Shown here: piece by piece, positions 50,729 to 62,159 of the stretch
Layout: each line of letters opens with the position of its first letter
Numbering within the stretch: position 1 is the first letter of the stretch
Assembly (NCBI RefSeq): GCF_031260295.1
Contig: NZ_JAIRKE010000052.1
Direction: 5' to 3' (one strand)
Origin: Azonexus sp.
Lineage (GTDB): Bacteria > Pseudomonadota > Gammaproteobacteria > Burkholderiales > Rhodocyclaceae
Length of the DNA: 64,000 nucleotides
Notes under the pieces: model-generated
Told to the model about the DNA's origin: nothing
The model's input: the letters and a program-made list of their open reading frames with translations, nothing else
Databases searched by the model: none
Translations under genes and position numbers: made by a program

Positions 50729-51253
50729 TCATAGCGGCCGGTTCTCGTCGCGTTCAACCGGCTGGTATTGCGGCAGCAGCAGCAGGAAAGTGCCGGGAAT
50801 CCACAGCAGGGCGCCAAGGACAGGGCCGATCAGGTAGCCCCAACCGGGAAAATCGCCGCCGGCGACAAGGCGCATCAGCAATTGCAGCACCTGCGAGCCG
50901 AGCAGCAGCGGCAGGATCTGCAATGCCTGCTGCGCCACCGGGAACCACAAGATGCGCCGCGACTGGGCGGCGGCCATATAGGCCAGCAGCACGTAGGCAA
51001 AGCAGTGCTGGCCGAGCACCGCGCCATCGGCGACATCCATCGCCAGGCCGAGGGCGAAGGCCCAGCCCATGCCGACCCGGCGCGGCTCGCGGATGCTCCA
51101 GAAGCAGAGGAGCAGCGCCACCCAGTCGGGAATGCCCGGCCAGTAGGCGGTCGGCAGCAGGTTGCCGAGCAGCGCGAAGAGCAGGCTGGCGACGATGAAC
51201 CAGGGACGGACCGGCAGCAGGATGCGGGACGAAGTGAAGGTCGGCTGCATCAT
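50729..51253 (-). CDS. mreD: Rod shape-determining protein MreD
   Basis: Small 5-TM protein immediately downstream of mreC. Confidence 0.85.
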   Translation of the reverse strand: MMQPTFTSSRILLPVRPWFIVASLLFALLGNLLPTAYWPGIPDWVALLLCFWSIREPRRVGMGWAFALGLAMDVADGAVLGQHCFAYVLLAYMAAAQSRRILWFPVAQQALQILPLLLGSQVLQLLMRLVAGGDFPGWGYLIGPVLGALLWIPGTFLLLLPQYQPVERDENRPL

Positions 51254-52167
51254 TTGCTTCTGGCCTTTTTCGCGGGGGCGACATTGCTGCTTTTTCGGCT
51301 GGGCGCCTGCGGGGGCGGCGGGGGCAGTTCCTGGCGCGGGGCGAGGACCATGACCTCGGCGAAATTCTCGACGCCGGCCAGTGGCGCCGCCGCGATGCGG
51401 GCGAAGGCAAAGGCGCTGTCGCGCTCGACCTTGGTCACCCTGGCCACCGGAAAACCGGGCAGGAAAATGCCGTCGAGGCCCGAGGTGACCAGCAGGTCGC
51501 CAACCTGGACGTCGGCGTTGGCCGGGATGTAGCGCAGTTCCAACTGGCCGTTGCCGAGGCCGAAGACGACCGAGCGCTGGCCGCTGCGCACGATCTGCAC
51601 CGGCACCGCCTGGTCCTTGTCGGTGATCAGGGTAATTTCCGCCGAGAACGGGAAGACGCGGGTCACTTGGCCGACGACGCCGGCTTCGTCGATGGCCGGC
51701 TGGCCGGCGACGATGCCCGACTGCTGGCCCTTGTCGATGATGATGCGGCGGGAGAAGGGGTCGCGTGTCGTATACATGATTTGTGCCACCTGACCGTGGG
51801 CCTTTTCCCGCTCATTGACGGCCAGCAGCCGACGCAGGCGCTCGTTCTCGGCTTCCAGATGTTCGAGGCGTTGCAGGTTTGGCGCCGTCAGCAACTGGGC
51901 TTGCTTCAGCCGCATGTTGTCCTCGCGCATGTCATCCAGGCCGCGCAAGTAAGCCAGCGCGTGATCGACCAGGCTGCCCGGCATCTGCGCCACGCGCTGT
52001 ACCGGATCGACGATCAGTGCCACGGTCTGGCGCAGTAAGCCGAGGCTCTGCATGCGCAGATCGACGACGAACAGGGCCAGTGAAAAGGCCAGGTAGAAAG
52101 TCAGCAGGGCCAGCGGTGCCGGCCCACGCTTGAAAAACGGTGGCGGTGCGTGGTCGATGCCGGCCAT
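51250..52167 (-). CDS. mreC: Rod shape-determining protein MreC
   Basis: N-terminal TM segment and coiled coil, then beta-rich domains and an Ala/Pro-rich tail. Confidence 0.9.
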   Translation of the reverse strand: MAGIDHAPPPFFKRGPAPLALLTFYLAFSLALFVVDLRMQSLGLLRQTVALIVDPVQRVAQMPGSLVDHALAYLRGLDDMREDNMRLKQAQLLTAPNLQRLEHLEAENERLRRLLAVNEREKAHGQVAQIMYTTRDPFSRRIIIDKGQQSGIVAGQPAIDEAGVVGQVTRVFPFSAEITLITDKDQAVPVQIVRSGQRSVVFGLGNGQLELRYIPANADVQVGDLLVTSGLDGIFLPGFPVARVTKVERDSAFAFARIAAAPLAGVENFAEVMVLAPRQELPPPPPQAPSRKSSNVAPAKKARSK

Positions 52168-52200
52168 CGCGTCAACTCTGCTGTACGGCTGCGGTCAAGC

Positions 52201-53340
<1,140 letters not shown>

Positions 53341-53348
53341 TCAAGCCC

Positions 53349-53636
53349 ATGTCGCTTACATTAGAACAGGTCCAGCGGATCGCCCTCCTTGCCCGCATCG
53401 AGATCAGCGAAACCGAGGCCCAGACCACCCGGGGTCACCTCAACGGGATTTTCGAACTGATCGAGCAGATGCAGGCGGTCGATACCCGCGGCGTCGAGCC
53501 GATGGCCCATGCCCAGGAGCTCAGCCAGCGCCTGCGCGCCGACGTCGTCGGCGAACCCGACCGCCGTGCCGCCTATCAGGCCGTGGCGCCGGAAACCGAG
53601 GCCGGCCTCTACCTGGTGCCGAAGGTGATCGAATGA
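53349..53636 (+). CDS. gatC: Asp-tRNA(Asn)/Glu-tRNA(Gln) amidotransferase subunit C
   Basis: [24 protein letters not shown]. 95 aa. Immediately upstream of gatA with a 4-nt overlap. Confidence 0.9.
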   Translation: MSLTLEQVQRIALLARIEISETEAQTTRGHLNGIFELIEQMQAVDTRGVEPMAHAQELSQRLRADVVGEPDRRAAYQAVAPETEAGLYLVPKVIE

Positions 53637-55090
53637 TCGATAAGAGCCTCAAACAGCTTGGTCAAGCGCTCGCCGCCAAGGAAATTTCCAGCGTCGAATT
53701 GACGACGCTGTTCCTCGACCGCATTGCCCGCCTGAATCCCGAAATTAACGCTTTTGTCACTGTCGACCGCGACAAATCGCTGGCCGTGGCGCGGGCCGCC
53801 GATGCCCGCATCGCCAACGGCACGGCCGGGCCGCTGACCGGCATTCCGATTGCCCAGAAGGACATCTTCTGCGCCGAGGGCTGGACCACCACCTGCGGCT
53901 CGAAAATGCTGGCCAATTTCGTTTCGCCCTACGACGCGACGGTGATCGCCAAGCTGCATCGGGAGGCCGGCATGGTCTCGCTGGGCAAGACCAATATGGA
54001 CGAGTTCGCCATGGGCTCGTCGAACGAAACCTCGTACTTCGGCCCGGTCAAGAATCCCTGGGATCGCGCCCGCGTGCCCGGCGGTTCGTCCGGCGGTTCG
54101 GCCGCGGCCGTGGCTGCCCGTCTGGCGCCGGCGGCGACTGGCACCGACACCGGCGGCTCGATCCGCCAGCCGGCGGCGCTGTGCAACCTGACCGGCCTCA
54201 AGCCGACCTACGGCGTAGTGTCGCGCTACGGCATGATCGCCTTCGCTTCCTCGCTCGACCAGGGCGGCCCGATGGCCGCCTCGGCCGAAGATTGCGCGCT
54301 CTTGCTCAATGCCATGAGCGGCTTCGACGAGCGCGATTCGACCTCGCTCCAACGTCCGGCCGAAGACTATGCCCGCGACCTGGAAAAACCCTTGGCCGGC
54401 TTGCGCATCGGCCTGCCCAAGGAATTTTTCGGCGACGGCTGCGACCCGGCGGTAATGGCAGCCGTGCAGGCGGCGCTTGACGAATACCGCAAGCTCGGCG
54501 CGACCACTGTCGATGTCTCGCTGCCCAATTCCCACCTGTCGGTGCCGGCTTATTACGTGATCGCGCCGGCCGAGGCCAGTTCCAACCTGTCGCGCTTCGA
54601 CGGCGTGCGCTACGGCTATCGCGCCCCGGATTACGACAGCCTCGACGACATGTACATGAAAACCCGCGCCCAGGGCTTCGGGGCCGAGGTCAAGCGGCGC
54701 ATCCTGATCGGCGCTTACGTGCTGTCGCATGGCTATTACGATGCCTATTACCTGCAAGCGCAGCGCATTCGCCGGCTGATCGCCGACGATTTCGTCGCCG
54801 CTTTCAAATCCTGCGACGTGATCATGGGGCCGACCTCGCCGTCGACCGCCTTCAAGCTTGGCGAGCGGGCGGCCGATCCGGTGCAGATGTACCTGTCCGA
54901 CATCTACACCATTGCCGTCAACCTCGCCGGCCTGCCCGGCATGTCGATTCCCTGTGGCTTTGCCGATGGCCTGCCGGTCGGCCTGCAACTGATCGGCGAT
55001 TACTTCGCCGAGGCCCGGCTGCTCAACGCTGCCCACCGTTTCCAGCAGGCGACCGACTGGCACCGGCGGCGGCCGGCGGATATCGTTTGA
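53633..55090 (+). CDS. gatA: Asp-tRNA(Asn)/Glu-tRNA(Gln) amidotransferase subunit A
   Basis: Amidase-signature [13 protein letters not shown] plus the catalytic Ser-cisSer-Lys context. Confidence 0.95.
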   Translation: MIDKSLKQLGQALAAKEISSVELTTLFLDRIARLNPEINAFVTVDRDKSLAVARAADARIANGTAGPLTGIPIAQKDIFCAEGWTTTCGSKMLANFVSPYDATVIAKLHREAGMVSLGKTNMDEFAMGSSNETSYFGPVKNPWDRARVPGGSSGGSAAAVAARLAPAATGTDTGGSIRQPAALCNLTGLKPTYGVVSRYGMIAFASSLDQGGPMAASAEDCALLLNAMSGFDERDSTSLQRPAEDYARDLEKPLAGLRIGLPKEFFGDGCDPAVMAAVQAALDEYRKLGATTVDVSLPNSHLSVPAYYVIAPAEASSNLSRFDGVRYGYRAPDYDSLDDMYMKTRAQGFGAEVKRRILIGAYVLSHGYYDAYYLQAQRIRRLIADDFVAAFKSCDVIMGPTSPSTAFKLGERAADPVQMYLSDIYTIAVNLAGLPGMSIPCGFADGLPVGLQLIGDYFAEARLLNAAHRFQQATDWHRRRPADIV

Positions 55091-55091
55091 C

Positions 55092-55613
55092 ATGCGCAAA
55101 CTCGCGGCGCCGCTGGCGGCCTTGATGCTGGCCGCTTGCGGCACGAAGCCGCCGGAACCGGTTGTCGAGCAGCTTCCAGAAAGTACGCCGGCCAAGGAAG
55201 AAAAGCCGGCGCTCGGCAATTCGACGCTGAAACACCTGGCCAAGCGCAAGCTGAAACCGCAACCAACGCGCCCGCTCAACGTCAAGTCGCGCTGTTCGCA
55301 CACGGACGAGATCGGCACCCGGATGCGCCTCGACCTCCTGGTCAAGAATGCCGAGGTCAAGACCTTCGCCGCCCAGGTGACGATGCAGGAGCACGGCGCT
55401 TGCCGCTTCGACCTCAAGGATTTCGAGCAGGTCGAGAAACTGCCGCAGCCGCTGCTGCGCCATAAATTGGCCGGTGACTGCACGGTGCGCATGTGGGAGC
55501 AGGGAAGCAATGTCACCATCGCCTTCAACAGTTGCCCGAGCGCCTGCGAGGGCAAGGCTTTTGATTATCTGTGGCCGCTCATCGTCGATGCGCGTAACGG
55601 CCGCTGCTATTAG
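55092..55613 (+). CDS. Cys-rich lipoprotein of unknown function inserted between gatA and gatB
   Basis: Lipobox MRKLAAPLAALMLAACG. Six Cys in the mature part. It sits 1 nt after the gatA stop and ends 12 nt before the gatB start. Confidence 0.6.
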   Translation: MRKLAAPLAALMLAACGTKPPEPVVEQLPESTPAKEEKPALGNSTLKHLAKRKLKPQPTRPLNVKSRCSHTDEIGTRMRLDLLVKNAEVKTFAAQVTMQEHGACRFDLKDFEQVEKLPQPLLRHKLAGDCTVRMWEQGSNVTIAFNSCPSACEGKAFDYLWPLIVDARNGRCY

Positions 55614-55625
55614 CAGGATGAAACC

Positions 55626-57140
55626 ATGACTCAGTGGGAAGTAGTGATCGGCATCGAGACGCACGCGCAATTGGCGACCGTTTCGAAAATCTTTTCCGGC
55701 GCGTCTACGGCGTTTGGTGCCGAACCCAATACCCAGGCCTGCGCCGTTGACCTGGCGCTGCCCGGCGTGTTGCCGGTGCTGAACCGCAAAGCCGTCGATT
55801 GCGCGATTCGCTTCGGTCTGGCGATCGGCGCCCGAGTCGCCGAAAAGTCGGTGTTCGAGCGCAAGAATTACTTCTATCCTGACTTGCCCAAGGGCTACCA
55901 GATCAGCCAGTTCGAGCTGCCGGTGGTACAGGGCGGCAGTCTGACCGTGCAGGTCGGCAGTGGTGACAAAACCTACGAAAAAACCATCAACCTGACCCGC
56001 GCCCATCTGGAAGAAGACGCCGGCAAGTCGCTGCACGAGGATTTCCACGGCAAGTCCGGCATCGACCTCAACCGCGCCGGCACGCCGCTGCTCGAAATCG
56101 TCACCGAGCCGGACATGCGTTCCTCCGACGAGGCCGTTGCCTATGCCCGCGCCCTGCACGCGCTGGTGCGCTGGATCGGCATCTGCGACGGCAACATGCA
56201 GGAAGGCTCGTTCCGCTGCGATGCCAACGTCTCGGTGCGGCCCAAGGGCCAGGCCGAGTTCGGCACCCGGCGCGAGATCAAGAACCTCAACTCTTTCCGC
56301 TTCCTCAAGGAAGCCATCGATTACGAAGTCCACTGGCAGATCAACGAAATCGAGGAAGGGCGCAAAATTCGGCAGGCCACCGTGCTGTTCGACCCGGACA
56401 GCGGCGAGACGCGGATGATGCGCAGCAAGGAGGACGCCCACGATTACCGCTACTTCCCCGATCCCGACCTGCTGCCGCTGGTCATTTCCTCAGAATGGAT
56501 TGGCGAAGTGAAGGAAGATATGTGGGAATTGCCCAATGATCGTAAATCTCGTTTTGAACGCGAATACGGTCTTTCCTCCTATGACGCATCCTTGCTTAAT
56601 ACTAACTATGATATTGGCAATTATTTTGAAGGTGTTGTACTGCATGCTCTTGTCAGCGGCGAACGTATTGGAACAGAATTATCAAAACTTGCTGCCAACT
56701 GGGTTATCAACGAAGTGTCGGCGAAAATGAACCAAGAAGGAGATGGACATCCGATGTGGAAATTCGGTGTGTCGTCCGAAACATTGGGGCATTTATTGCG
56801 CCGTATGCGCGAAGGGGTAATAGGCGCAAAAACGGCAAAAGAACTATTCACTGAGTTTTGGGAAGAAGCCCGCGCCAACAACTATGCACATCATGGCGGA
56901 CACCCAGGAAAAGTTGACGAGCTTGTCGAGACTCGCGGGTTAAAACAGATATCTGATACCGGTGCCATCGAGGCGCTGGTGGATGAGGTGCTGACCGCCA
57001 ATCCGGGCAATGTCGCCGAGTTCAAGGCAGGCAAGGAAAAGGCCTTCAATGCCTTGGTCGGTCAGGTGATGAAGGTGGCCAAGGGCAAGGCCAACCCGCA
57101 GCAGGTCAACGAACTGTTGAAGAAGAAGCTGGCCGGTTGA
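55626..57140 (+). CDS. gatB: Asp-tRNA(Asn)/Glu-tRNA(Gln) amidotransferase subunit B (with an internal low-GC mosaic segment)
   Basis: Canonical GatB N-terminal and catalytic regions. The C-terminal GatB/YqeY helical domain is intact in frame. Nucleotides ~56515-56950 drop to ~45% GC. Confidence 0.9.
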   Translation: MTQWEVVIGIETHAQLATVSKIFSGASTAFGAEPNTQACAVDLALPGVLPVLNRKAVDCAIRFGLAIGARVAEKSVFERKNYFYPDLPKGYQISQFELPVVQGGSLTVQVGSGDKTYEKTINLTRAHLEEDAGKSLHEDFHGKSGIDLNRAGTPLLEIVTEPDMRSSDEAVAYARALHALVRWIGICDGNMQEGSFRCDANVSVRPKGQAEFGTRREIKNLNSFRFLKEAIDYEVHWQINEIEEGRKIRQATVLFDPDSGETRMMRSKEDAHDYRYFPDPDLLPLVISSEWIGEVKEDMWELPNDRKSRFEREYGLSSYDASLLNTNYDIGNYFEGVVLHALVSGERIGTELSKLAANWVINEVSAKMNQEGDGHPMWKFGVSSETLGHLLRRMREGVIGAKTAKELFTEFWEEARANNYAHHGGHPGKVDELVETRGLKQISDTGAIEALVDEVLTANPGNVAEFKAGKEKAFNALVGQVMKVAKGKANPQQVNELLKKKLAG

Positions 57141-57771
57141 CGGCGGGGCTGGTCGAAGTGCGGCCGGTCAGTTCGAAATAGCGCTTGCGGTCGGCCTCGT
57201 ACTTACTGCGAATGGTCGCCAGCTCGCGTTGTTTAACGTCGATCAGTTCCTGCTGCACCTTGATTTCGTGATCAATGGCCCGCAGTTCCTTTTGCAACTC
57301 GGACGGCATGGTTTTCTTCTGGTAAAACTCGGCTTCCGCTTCGAGTTTCTGGCGTTTGGCCAGTGACGTCTCGATATGTTCCTGGGCGTTGCGAATGGCC
57401 AGATTGACGTCGTCTTCCGCCTTGCGCTGGGCGATGTTGATATCCTGCGGCGTGGCGTAGGTGTCGAGCAGAGCCTGGTCCATGCGCCGCAGTTCGCGGG
57501 CGGCCTCTTCCTGCTTCTTGCGCAGGCGGTTTGCCGCCGCCAGCTCGGCCTTCTGCTCCGGGGTCAGCGGCGGGCCGACTTCCTGGACGACGTTGCCGGC
57601 GCGGTCGAGTATCTGATAAGCGCGGCCGCGGCACTGCTCGGGCAGCGTGTCGCCGCAGACACGGCGGCCGGTGGTTGCATCCTGGCAGCAATAAAACTCC
57701 CCGGCCGCCTCGGCGGCCGGCGCCAGCAACAGCAGCGCGAGGGGGAGCAGCAATTGTCTAGAGATCGACAC
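57106..57771 (-). CDS. Secreted coiled-coil protein (possibly DUF4124-like)
   Basis: Signal peptide [23 protein letters not shown]. Cys-rich N-terminal motif [22 protein letters not shown]. The rest is charged coiled coil. Its 3' end overlaps the gatB 3' end convergently. Confidence 0.5.
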   Translation of the reverse strand: MSISRQLLLPLALLLLAPAAEAAGEFYCCQDATTGRRVCGDTLPEQCRGRAYQILDRAGNVVQEVGPPLTPEQKAELAAANRLRKKQEEAARELRRMDQALLDTYATPQDINIAQRKAEDDVNLAIRNAQEHIETSLAKRQKLEAEAEFYQKKTMPSELQKELRAIDHEIKVQQELIDVKQRELATIRSKYEADRKRYFELTGRTSTSPAVNRPASSSTVR

Positions 57772-58399
57772 CGTATTGCTCCCGGTAGCGGGTGACGTTG
57801 GCGCGGTGGGCGGCGAATTCGGGATGCTGGCCGAGATAAGCCATCAGGTCGCCGAGTCCGGCGACGGCGGTGACCGGGATGCCATAGTCGCGCGTGACTT
57901 CCTGTACTGCCGACAGTTCGCCCTGGCCGCGTTCCTGACGGTCGAGGGCGATCAACACGCCGGCCGGCGTGGCGCCGGCCTGGCGGATCAATTCGACCGA
58001 TTCGCGCACCGAGGTGCCGGCGGAAATGACATCGTCGACGATCAGCACGCGCCCGCTCAGCGGCGCGCCGACGATGCTGCCGCCTTCGCCGTGGTCCTTG
58101 GCTTCCTTGCGGTTGTAGGCGAAGGGGTAGTTGTTGCCGCGCTGGGCCAGCGCCATGGCGATCGTCGCCACCAGCGGGATGCCTTTATAGGCCGGGCCGA
58201 ACAGCATGTCGAAGCGGATGCCGCCGGCTTCGGCGGCTTTGGCGTAAAATTCGGCGAGGCGGGCGATGGCCTTGCCGTCGTTGAACAGGCCGGCATTGAA
58301 GAAGTAGGGTGACAGCCGGCCGGCCTTGGTCTTGAATTCGCCGAAGCGCAGTACTTGGCTGGCGAGTGCGAATTCGATGAAATCCTGGCGAAAATCCAT
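57758..58399 (-). CDS. pyrE: Orotate phosphoribosyltransferase
   Basis: PRPP motif [13 protein letters not shown]. Start [12 protein letters not shown] at 58399. About 213 aa. Confidence 0.9.
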   Translation of the reverse strand: MDFRQDFIEFALASQVLRFGEFKTKAGRLSPYFFNAGLFNDGKAIARLAEFYAKAAEAGGIRFDMLFGPAYKGIPLVATIAMALAQRGNNYPFAYNRKEAKDHGEGGSIVGAPLSGRVLIVDDVISAGTSVRESVELIRQAGATPAGVLIALDRQERGQGELSAVQEVTRDYGIPVTAVAGLGDLMAYLGQHPEFAAHRANVTRYREQYGVDL

Positions 58400-58448
58400 A
58401 TTTTCCCTGCATGCTCCAGCGCCGCGGAAAGCGGCCGATTGGCAAACA

Positions 58449-59240
58449 ATGTTACGCATCATCTCCTTGAACCTCAATGGTATTCGCTCCGCCTGGAGCA
58501 AAAATGTCCTGCCCTGGCTGGCCGCACAGCAGGCCGATATCGTCTGCCTGCAAGAACTGAAAGCCCAGGCTGCCGACTTGACGCCGGAAATGCTTGCGCC
58601 GGATGGCATGCAGGCGTTTTATCACTGCGCCGAGAAGAAAGGCTACAGCGGCGTCGGCATCTGGAGTCGGCAACTGCCGGAGCGTGTCGTCGAAGGCTTC
58701 GATGGCGGTGAGTTCGATGCCGAGGGGCGCTACCTGCGCGTCGATTTCGGCAATCTCTCGGTCATTTCCCTGTATCTGCCGTCAGGTTCCTCGTCGCCGG
58801 AACGGCAGGAAGCGAAATTCCGCTTTCTGGCCGCCTTCTTCCCACAGATGCAGGCGCTGCGTGCCGAGGGCCGGGAAATTGTGTTGTGTGGCGACTGGAA
58901 TATCGCCCACCAGGAAATCGACCTGAAGAACTGGAAATCGAATCAGAAGAACTCCGGCTTCCTACCCGAGGAACGCGCCTGGCTCTCCCGCGTGTTCGAT
59001 GAACTGGGCTGGGTCGACGTCTATCGCCGCCTGTACCCGGAGGCGACCGGCGATGCCTACACCTGGTGGAGCAACCGTGGCCAGGCGTGGGCCAAGAACG
59101 TCGGCTGGCGGATCGACTACCAGATCGCCACCCCAGGATTGGCGGCAACAGCCGTGGCGGCGAGCGTGTATAAAGCACAGCGATTCTCCGACCATGCCCC
59201 GCTGAGCGTCGATTACGGTTTTCCGCTTGATCCGAAGTGA
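58449..59240 (+). CDS. xthA: Exodeoxyribonuclease III
   Basis: [15 protein letters not shown]... is the EEP-fold nuclease N-terminus. About 263 aa. Confidence 0.9.
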   Translation: MLRIISLNLNGIRSAWSKNVLPWLAAQQADIVCLQELKAQAADLTPEMLAPDGMQAFYHCAEKKGYSGVGIWSRQLPERVVEGFDGGEFDAEGRYLRVDFGNLSVISLYLPSGSSSPERQEAKFRFLAAFFPQMQALRAEGREIVLCGDWNIAHQEIDLKNWKSNQKNSGFLPEERAWLSRVFDELGWVDVYRRLYPEATGDAYTWWSNRGQAWAKNVGWRIDYQIATPGLAATAVAASVYKAQRFSDHAPLSVDYGFPLDPK

Positions 59241-59306
59241 ATTGATTTCACTGCCCCGACGGGCTACTCTGTACGCTCTGCTCAACCATGACAAAAGAGG
59301 TCGAAA

Positions 59307-59621
59307 ATGTCCAAACAACTGACTGCCGCCAACAAAGACAAACTGGTTTCCGACATGAAGGTCGTCATTGCCGATACCGAAGAGCTGCTGCGGGCAACCA
59401 CCGGTGTTGCCGGTGAAAAGGTCGGCGAGCTGCGCGAGCGTCTGGGCGTTCATCTGCGCGTTGCCAAGGACCGTGTGATCGACCTGGAGCATGCGGTGAT
59501 CGACAAGACCAAGGCCGCTGCCCGTGCTACCGACGATTTCGTGCATGACGAGCCGTGGAAAGCGGTCGGCGTTGCCGCCGCCATTGGCCTGGCGCTCGGC
59601 GTGCTGATCGGCCGTCGCTAA
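59307..59621 (+). CDS. DUF883 (YqjD/ElaB/YgaM) membrane-anchored ribosome-associated protein
   Basis: Charged helical N-terminus with a C-terminal TM helix, WKAVGVAAAIGLALGVLIGRR. Confidence 0.8.
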   Translation: MSKQLTAANKDKLVSDMKVVIADTEELLRATTGVAGEKVGELRERLGVHLRVAKDRVIDLEHAVIDKTKAAARATDDFVHDEPWKAVGVAAAIGLALGVLIGRR

Positions 59622-59625
59622 GCAT

Positions 59626-60036
59626 ATGACGCAGCAGGCAGGCGGCGAAGGGGGCCGCCAGGGCCTCTTCACCTCCGTCAAGAACACCCTCGCAACGCTG
59701 CTGACGATTGGCCGGACGCGGCTCGAATTGCTGGTCGTCGAACTCGAGGAAGAAAAGCTCCGCCTGATGTCGCTGTGGTCGAAGGCGATCGCGGCGGCTT
59801 TTCTCCTGTCGCTCGGCGTGATCATGGCCATCTTCTGTTTGGCAGTCGTTTTCTGGGAACACCGGGTGCTCGTTTTCGGCCTCTTCGCCGCGCTGTTCAT
59901 CGTTAGCGCGCTGCTGTTGGTGGCTTCGCTCAAACGGCAGGTCGGCGAACCGAGAAAACTGTTCCGCAACAGCCTGGGCGAACTTGAAACCGATATCGCG
60001 TTGCTGCGGCGAGACCGCGAGCAGGCCCCGGAATGA
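59626..60036 (+). CDS. YqjE-like (DUF1469, holin-like) inner-membrane protein
   Basis: Two TM helices with conserved post-yqjD position. Confidence 0.7.
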   Translation: MTQQAGGEGGRQGLFTSVKNTLATLLTIGRTRLELLVVELEEEKLRLMSLWSKAIAAAFLLSLGVIMAIFCLAVVFWEHRVLVFGLFAALFIVSALLLVASLKRQVGEPRKLFRNSLGELETDIALLRRDREQAPE

Positions 60037-60326
60037 GCGCCAAGGCGCTGGAACTGGCCGTCCGCCGGGGCGCCCTGGACGAACGCATCGCCAGCCAGCG
60101 GGCACTGCTGGCGCAACAAACCGCCGGGATCGAGCAACTCTGCGCCGGCGGCGATACGCTGCTACACGGCGTCGACTGGCTAAAGCAGTACCCGGCGGTA
60201 GCCGGCGTCGCTGCCTTTGCCTTCGTCCTCATCCGCCCGCGCCGCGCTTGGCGCTGGGCCGGTCGCGGCTTCGTCCTGTGGCGGGGATGGCGTTCGGTAC
60301 GGCGATGGGTGGGTGTGGGGCGGTGA
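60033..60326 (+). CDS. YqjK-like small protein
   Basis: ~97 aa, Arg/Trp-rich C-terminus. Conserved third position of the yqjD-yqjE-yqjK operon. Confidence 0.55.
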   Translation: MSAKALELAVRRGALDERIASQRALLAQQTAGIEQLCAGGDTLLHGVDWLKQYPAVAGVAAFAFVLIRPRRAWRWAGRGFVLWRGWRSVRRWVGVGR

Positions 60327-60342
60327 TTGGCGGTTAGGCATC

Positions 60343-60633
60343 ATGCCCAGGAAACGCAGTGAACTCGAAAAAGCGGCAGGGAAATTAATCAGCGCCATCC
60401 AGAGAGAATGGTCTGATGAGGCGGGTTTGGATTGCTCGGCGGAAAGCGAAGAGGTCATGCATCGATCACACGACCTGCTGCAAGCTGCAAAGGGAGGCTC
60501 GTTTGATTCGGCTGTTCTTGGCGGCAGCTCAATTGCACAGTTCCTCGGAGATAGATGGGTTGAACAGCATCCTCACGTCATTTCAGCAATCAAAGAATTG
60601 CAGCGGCATATTCAGATCGGCAGGTTGAGCTGA
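60343..60633 (+). CDS. Small hypothetical protein in a local low-GC segment
   Basis: ATG at 60343, 17 nt after the yqjK stop. ~96 aa, MPRKRSELEKAAGKLISAIQREW... The local ~50% GC contrasts with its neighbours. Confidence 0.35.
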   Translation: MPRKRSELEKAAGKLISAIQREWSDEAGLDCSAESEEVMHRSHDLLQAAKGGSFDSAVLGGSSIAQFLGDRWVEQHPHVISAIKELQRHIQIGRLS

Positions 60634-60902
60634 GCCACTGTGAGTCGTGGTTTCTACCTTGGCCGTTGCGCCGTAACGTCTCTACGGTCCCCATGTGAAG
60701 CGCCGAGCAACGCAGACGGGCCGGGGGTAGTCGGCTGGCGTCTATAAGCCAGCCGCCCGGCCCGGCGAGTAGCGCAGGGCAGTCGGTGCAGCTTGGGGTG
60801 GCCTTCTTTTTGGCTACTTTTTCTTGGCCAAGCAAGAAAAAGTACGCTCGCGCGTCAGGCGCGGAAAACAGCGCCTAAATAAGAAAAAAGAGGAAAGCCG
60901 CG

Positions 60903-62159
60903 TCAGGCTTCCCTGTCCCCATTCCACGGCGCAACCTTGAACAGCAGCAGCATGCCGGGAAAAGCCAGCACGAAGCATAACCAGAAGAAGCTCGTCCAGC
61001 CCAAGGCTTCGATCAGCCAACCGGCGGTGGCGTTGATGAAGGTGCGCGGCACCGCCATCAGGCTGGTGAACAGCGCCAGTTGGGTCGCCGTATAGGCCGG
61101 GTGCGTGGTTCGCGCCATGAAGGCGACGAAGGCGGTGGTGCCCAGACCGACGCCGAGGGCTTCACCGGCGATCACGATGGCCAGCGCGACTAGGCGCGCC
61201 GGGTTCGATTCAGCGGGGCCGAGCCAGGCCATCCAGACGAAGCCGAGGATGCTGACGACCTGGACTACGCCGAATAGCCACAGCGCCCGGTTGATGCCGA
61301 GCTTGAGCATCCAGATGCCGCCGAGAATACCGCCGATGACCGCCGGCCATAGGCCGGCGTTCTTGGCGATGACGCCGATCTCCGTCTTGCTAAAGCCCAT
61401 GTCGAGATAGAAGGGCGTGGCCAGCGCGGTACACAGTGAATCGCCGAGTTTGTAGAGGAACAGGAAGGCGAGCACCAGCAGCGCCGAGCGCACGCCGTGG
61501 CGGCCGAAGAATTCGCGAAAGGGCTCGACTACCGCGTCGCGCAGGGTGCGCGGGCTGCCGCGGGCGGCCTGCGGCTCGGCGACGCTTAGCGTCATCAGCA
61601 AGCCCGGCAGCATGAAGGCGGCGGTGATGAGAAAAACCTGGCTCCACGGCAGGTGATCGGCCAGGATCAGCGACAGCGAGCCGGGCACTAGGCCGGCGAT
61701 GCGATAGGCGTTCACATGGATGGCGTTACCCAGGCCGAGTTCCTCGTCGGGCAGGATTTCGCGGCGGAAGGCATCGAGTGCGATGTCCTGGGTGGCCGAG
61801 AGAAAGGCCAGCAGGGCTGTCAGGCCGACCACCAGCGACAGGTGCTCGGCCGGCGCCAACTGCCCGAGCCAAGCGATGGCGGCGATCAGGCCGACTTGCG
61901 CGACGAGCATCCAGCTACGCCGACGGCCGAGCCAGGGCAGGATGCCGTAGCGGTCGAGCAGCGGCGCCCAGAGGAATTTCCAGGTGTAGGGAAACTGGAT
62001 CAGCGCGAAGGCGCCGATGGTGCGTAGCGACAGACCTTCGGTCTTCAGCCAGGCCGGCACCAAGTTGAGCAGCAGGTACAGCGGCAGCCCGGAGGCGAAG
62101 CCGGTGAAGATGCAGATCAGCATCCGCCGGTTGAGCAGGGCGGCGAGCCAGGCCGGCAT
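60903..62159 (-). CDS. ampG: Muropeptide permease AmpG (MFS)
   Basis: MFS 12-14 TM protein with the AmpG-type N-terminus [30 protein letters not shown]. Its start overlaps the metW stop (ATGA). Confidence 0.9.
   Translation of the reverse strand: MPAWLAALLNRRMLICIFTGFASGLPLYLLLNLVPAWLKTEGLSLRTIGAFALIQFPYTWKFLWAPLLDRYGILPWLGRRRSWMLVAQVGLIAAIAWLGQLAPAEHLSLVVGLTALLAFLSATQDIALDAFRREILPDEELGLGNAIHVNAYRIAGLVPGSLSLILADHLPWSQVFLITAAFMLPGLLMTLSVAEPQAARGSPRTLRDAVVEPFREFFGRHGVRSALLVLAFLFLYKLGDSLCTALATPFYLDMGFSKTEIGVIAKNAGLWPAVIGGILGGIWMLKLGINRALWLFGVVQVVSILGFVWMAWLGPAESNPARLVALAIVIAGEALGVGLGTTAFVAFMARTTHPAYTATQLALFTSLMAVPRTFINATAGWLIEALGWTSFFWLCFVLAFPGMLLLFKVAPWNGDREA

Noticed and set aside
60700-60770. 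The G/C hairpin as a rho-independent terminator for the convergent small-ORF/ampG transcripts
   Set aside because: No U-tract follows the stem on either strand. It is classed as a REP-like or structural palindrome instead. The A/T 9-bp stem further downstream is too weak to call a terminator confidently.
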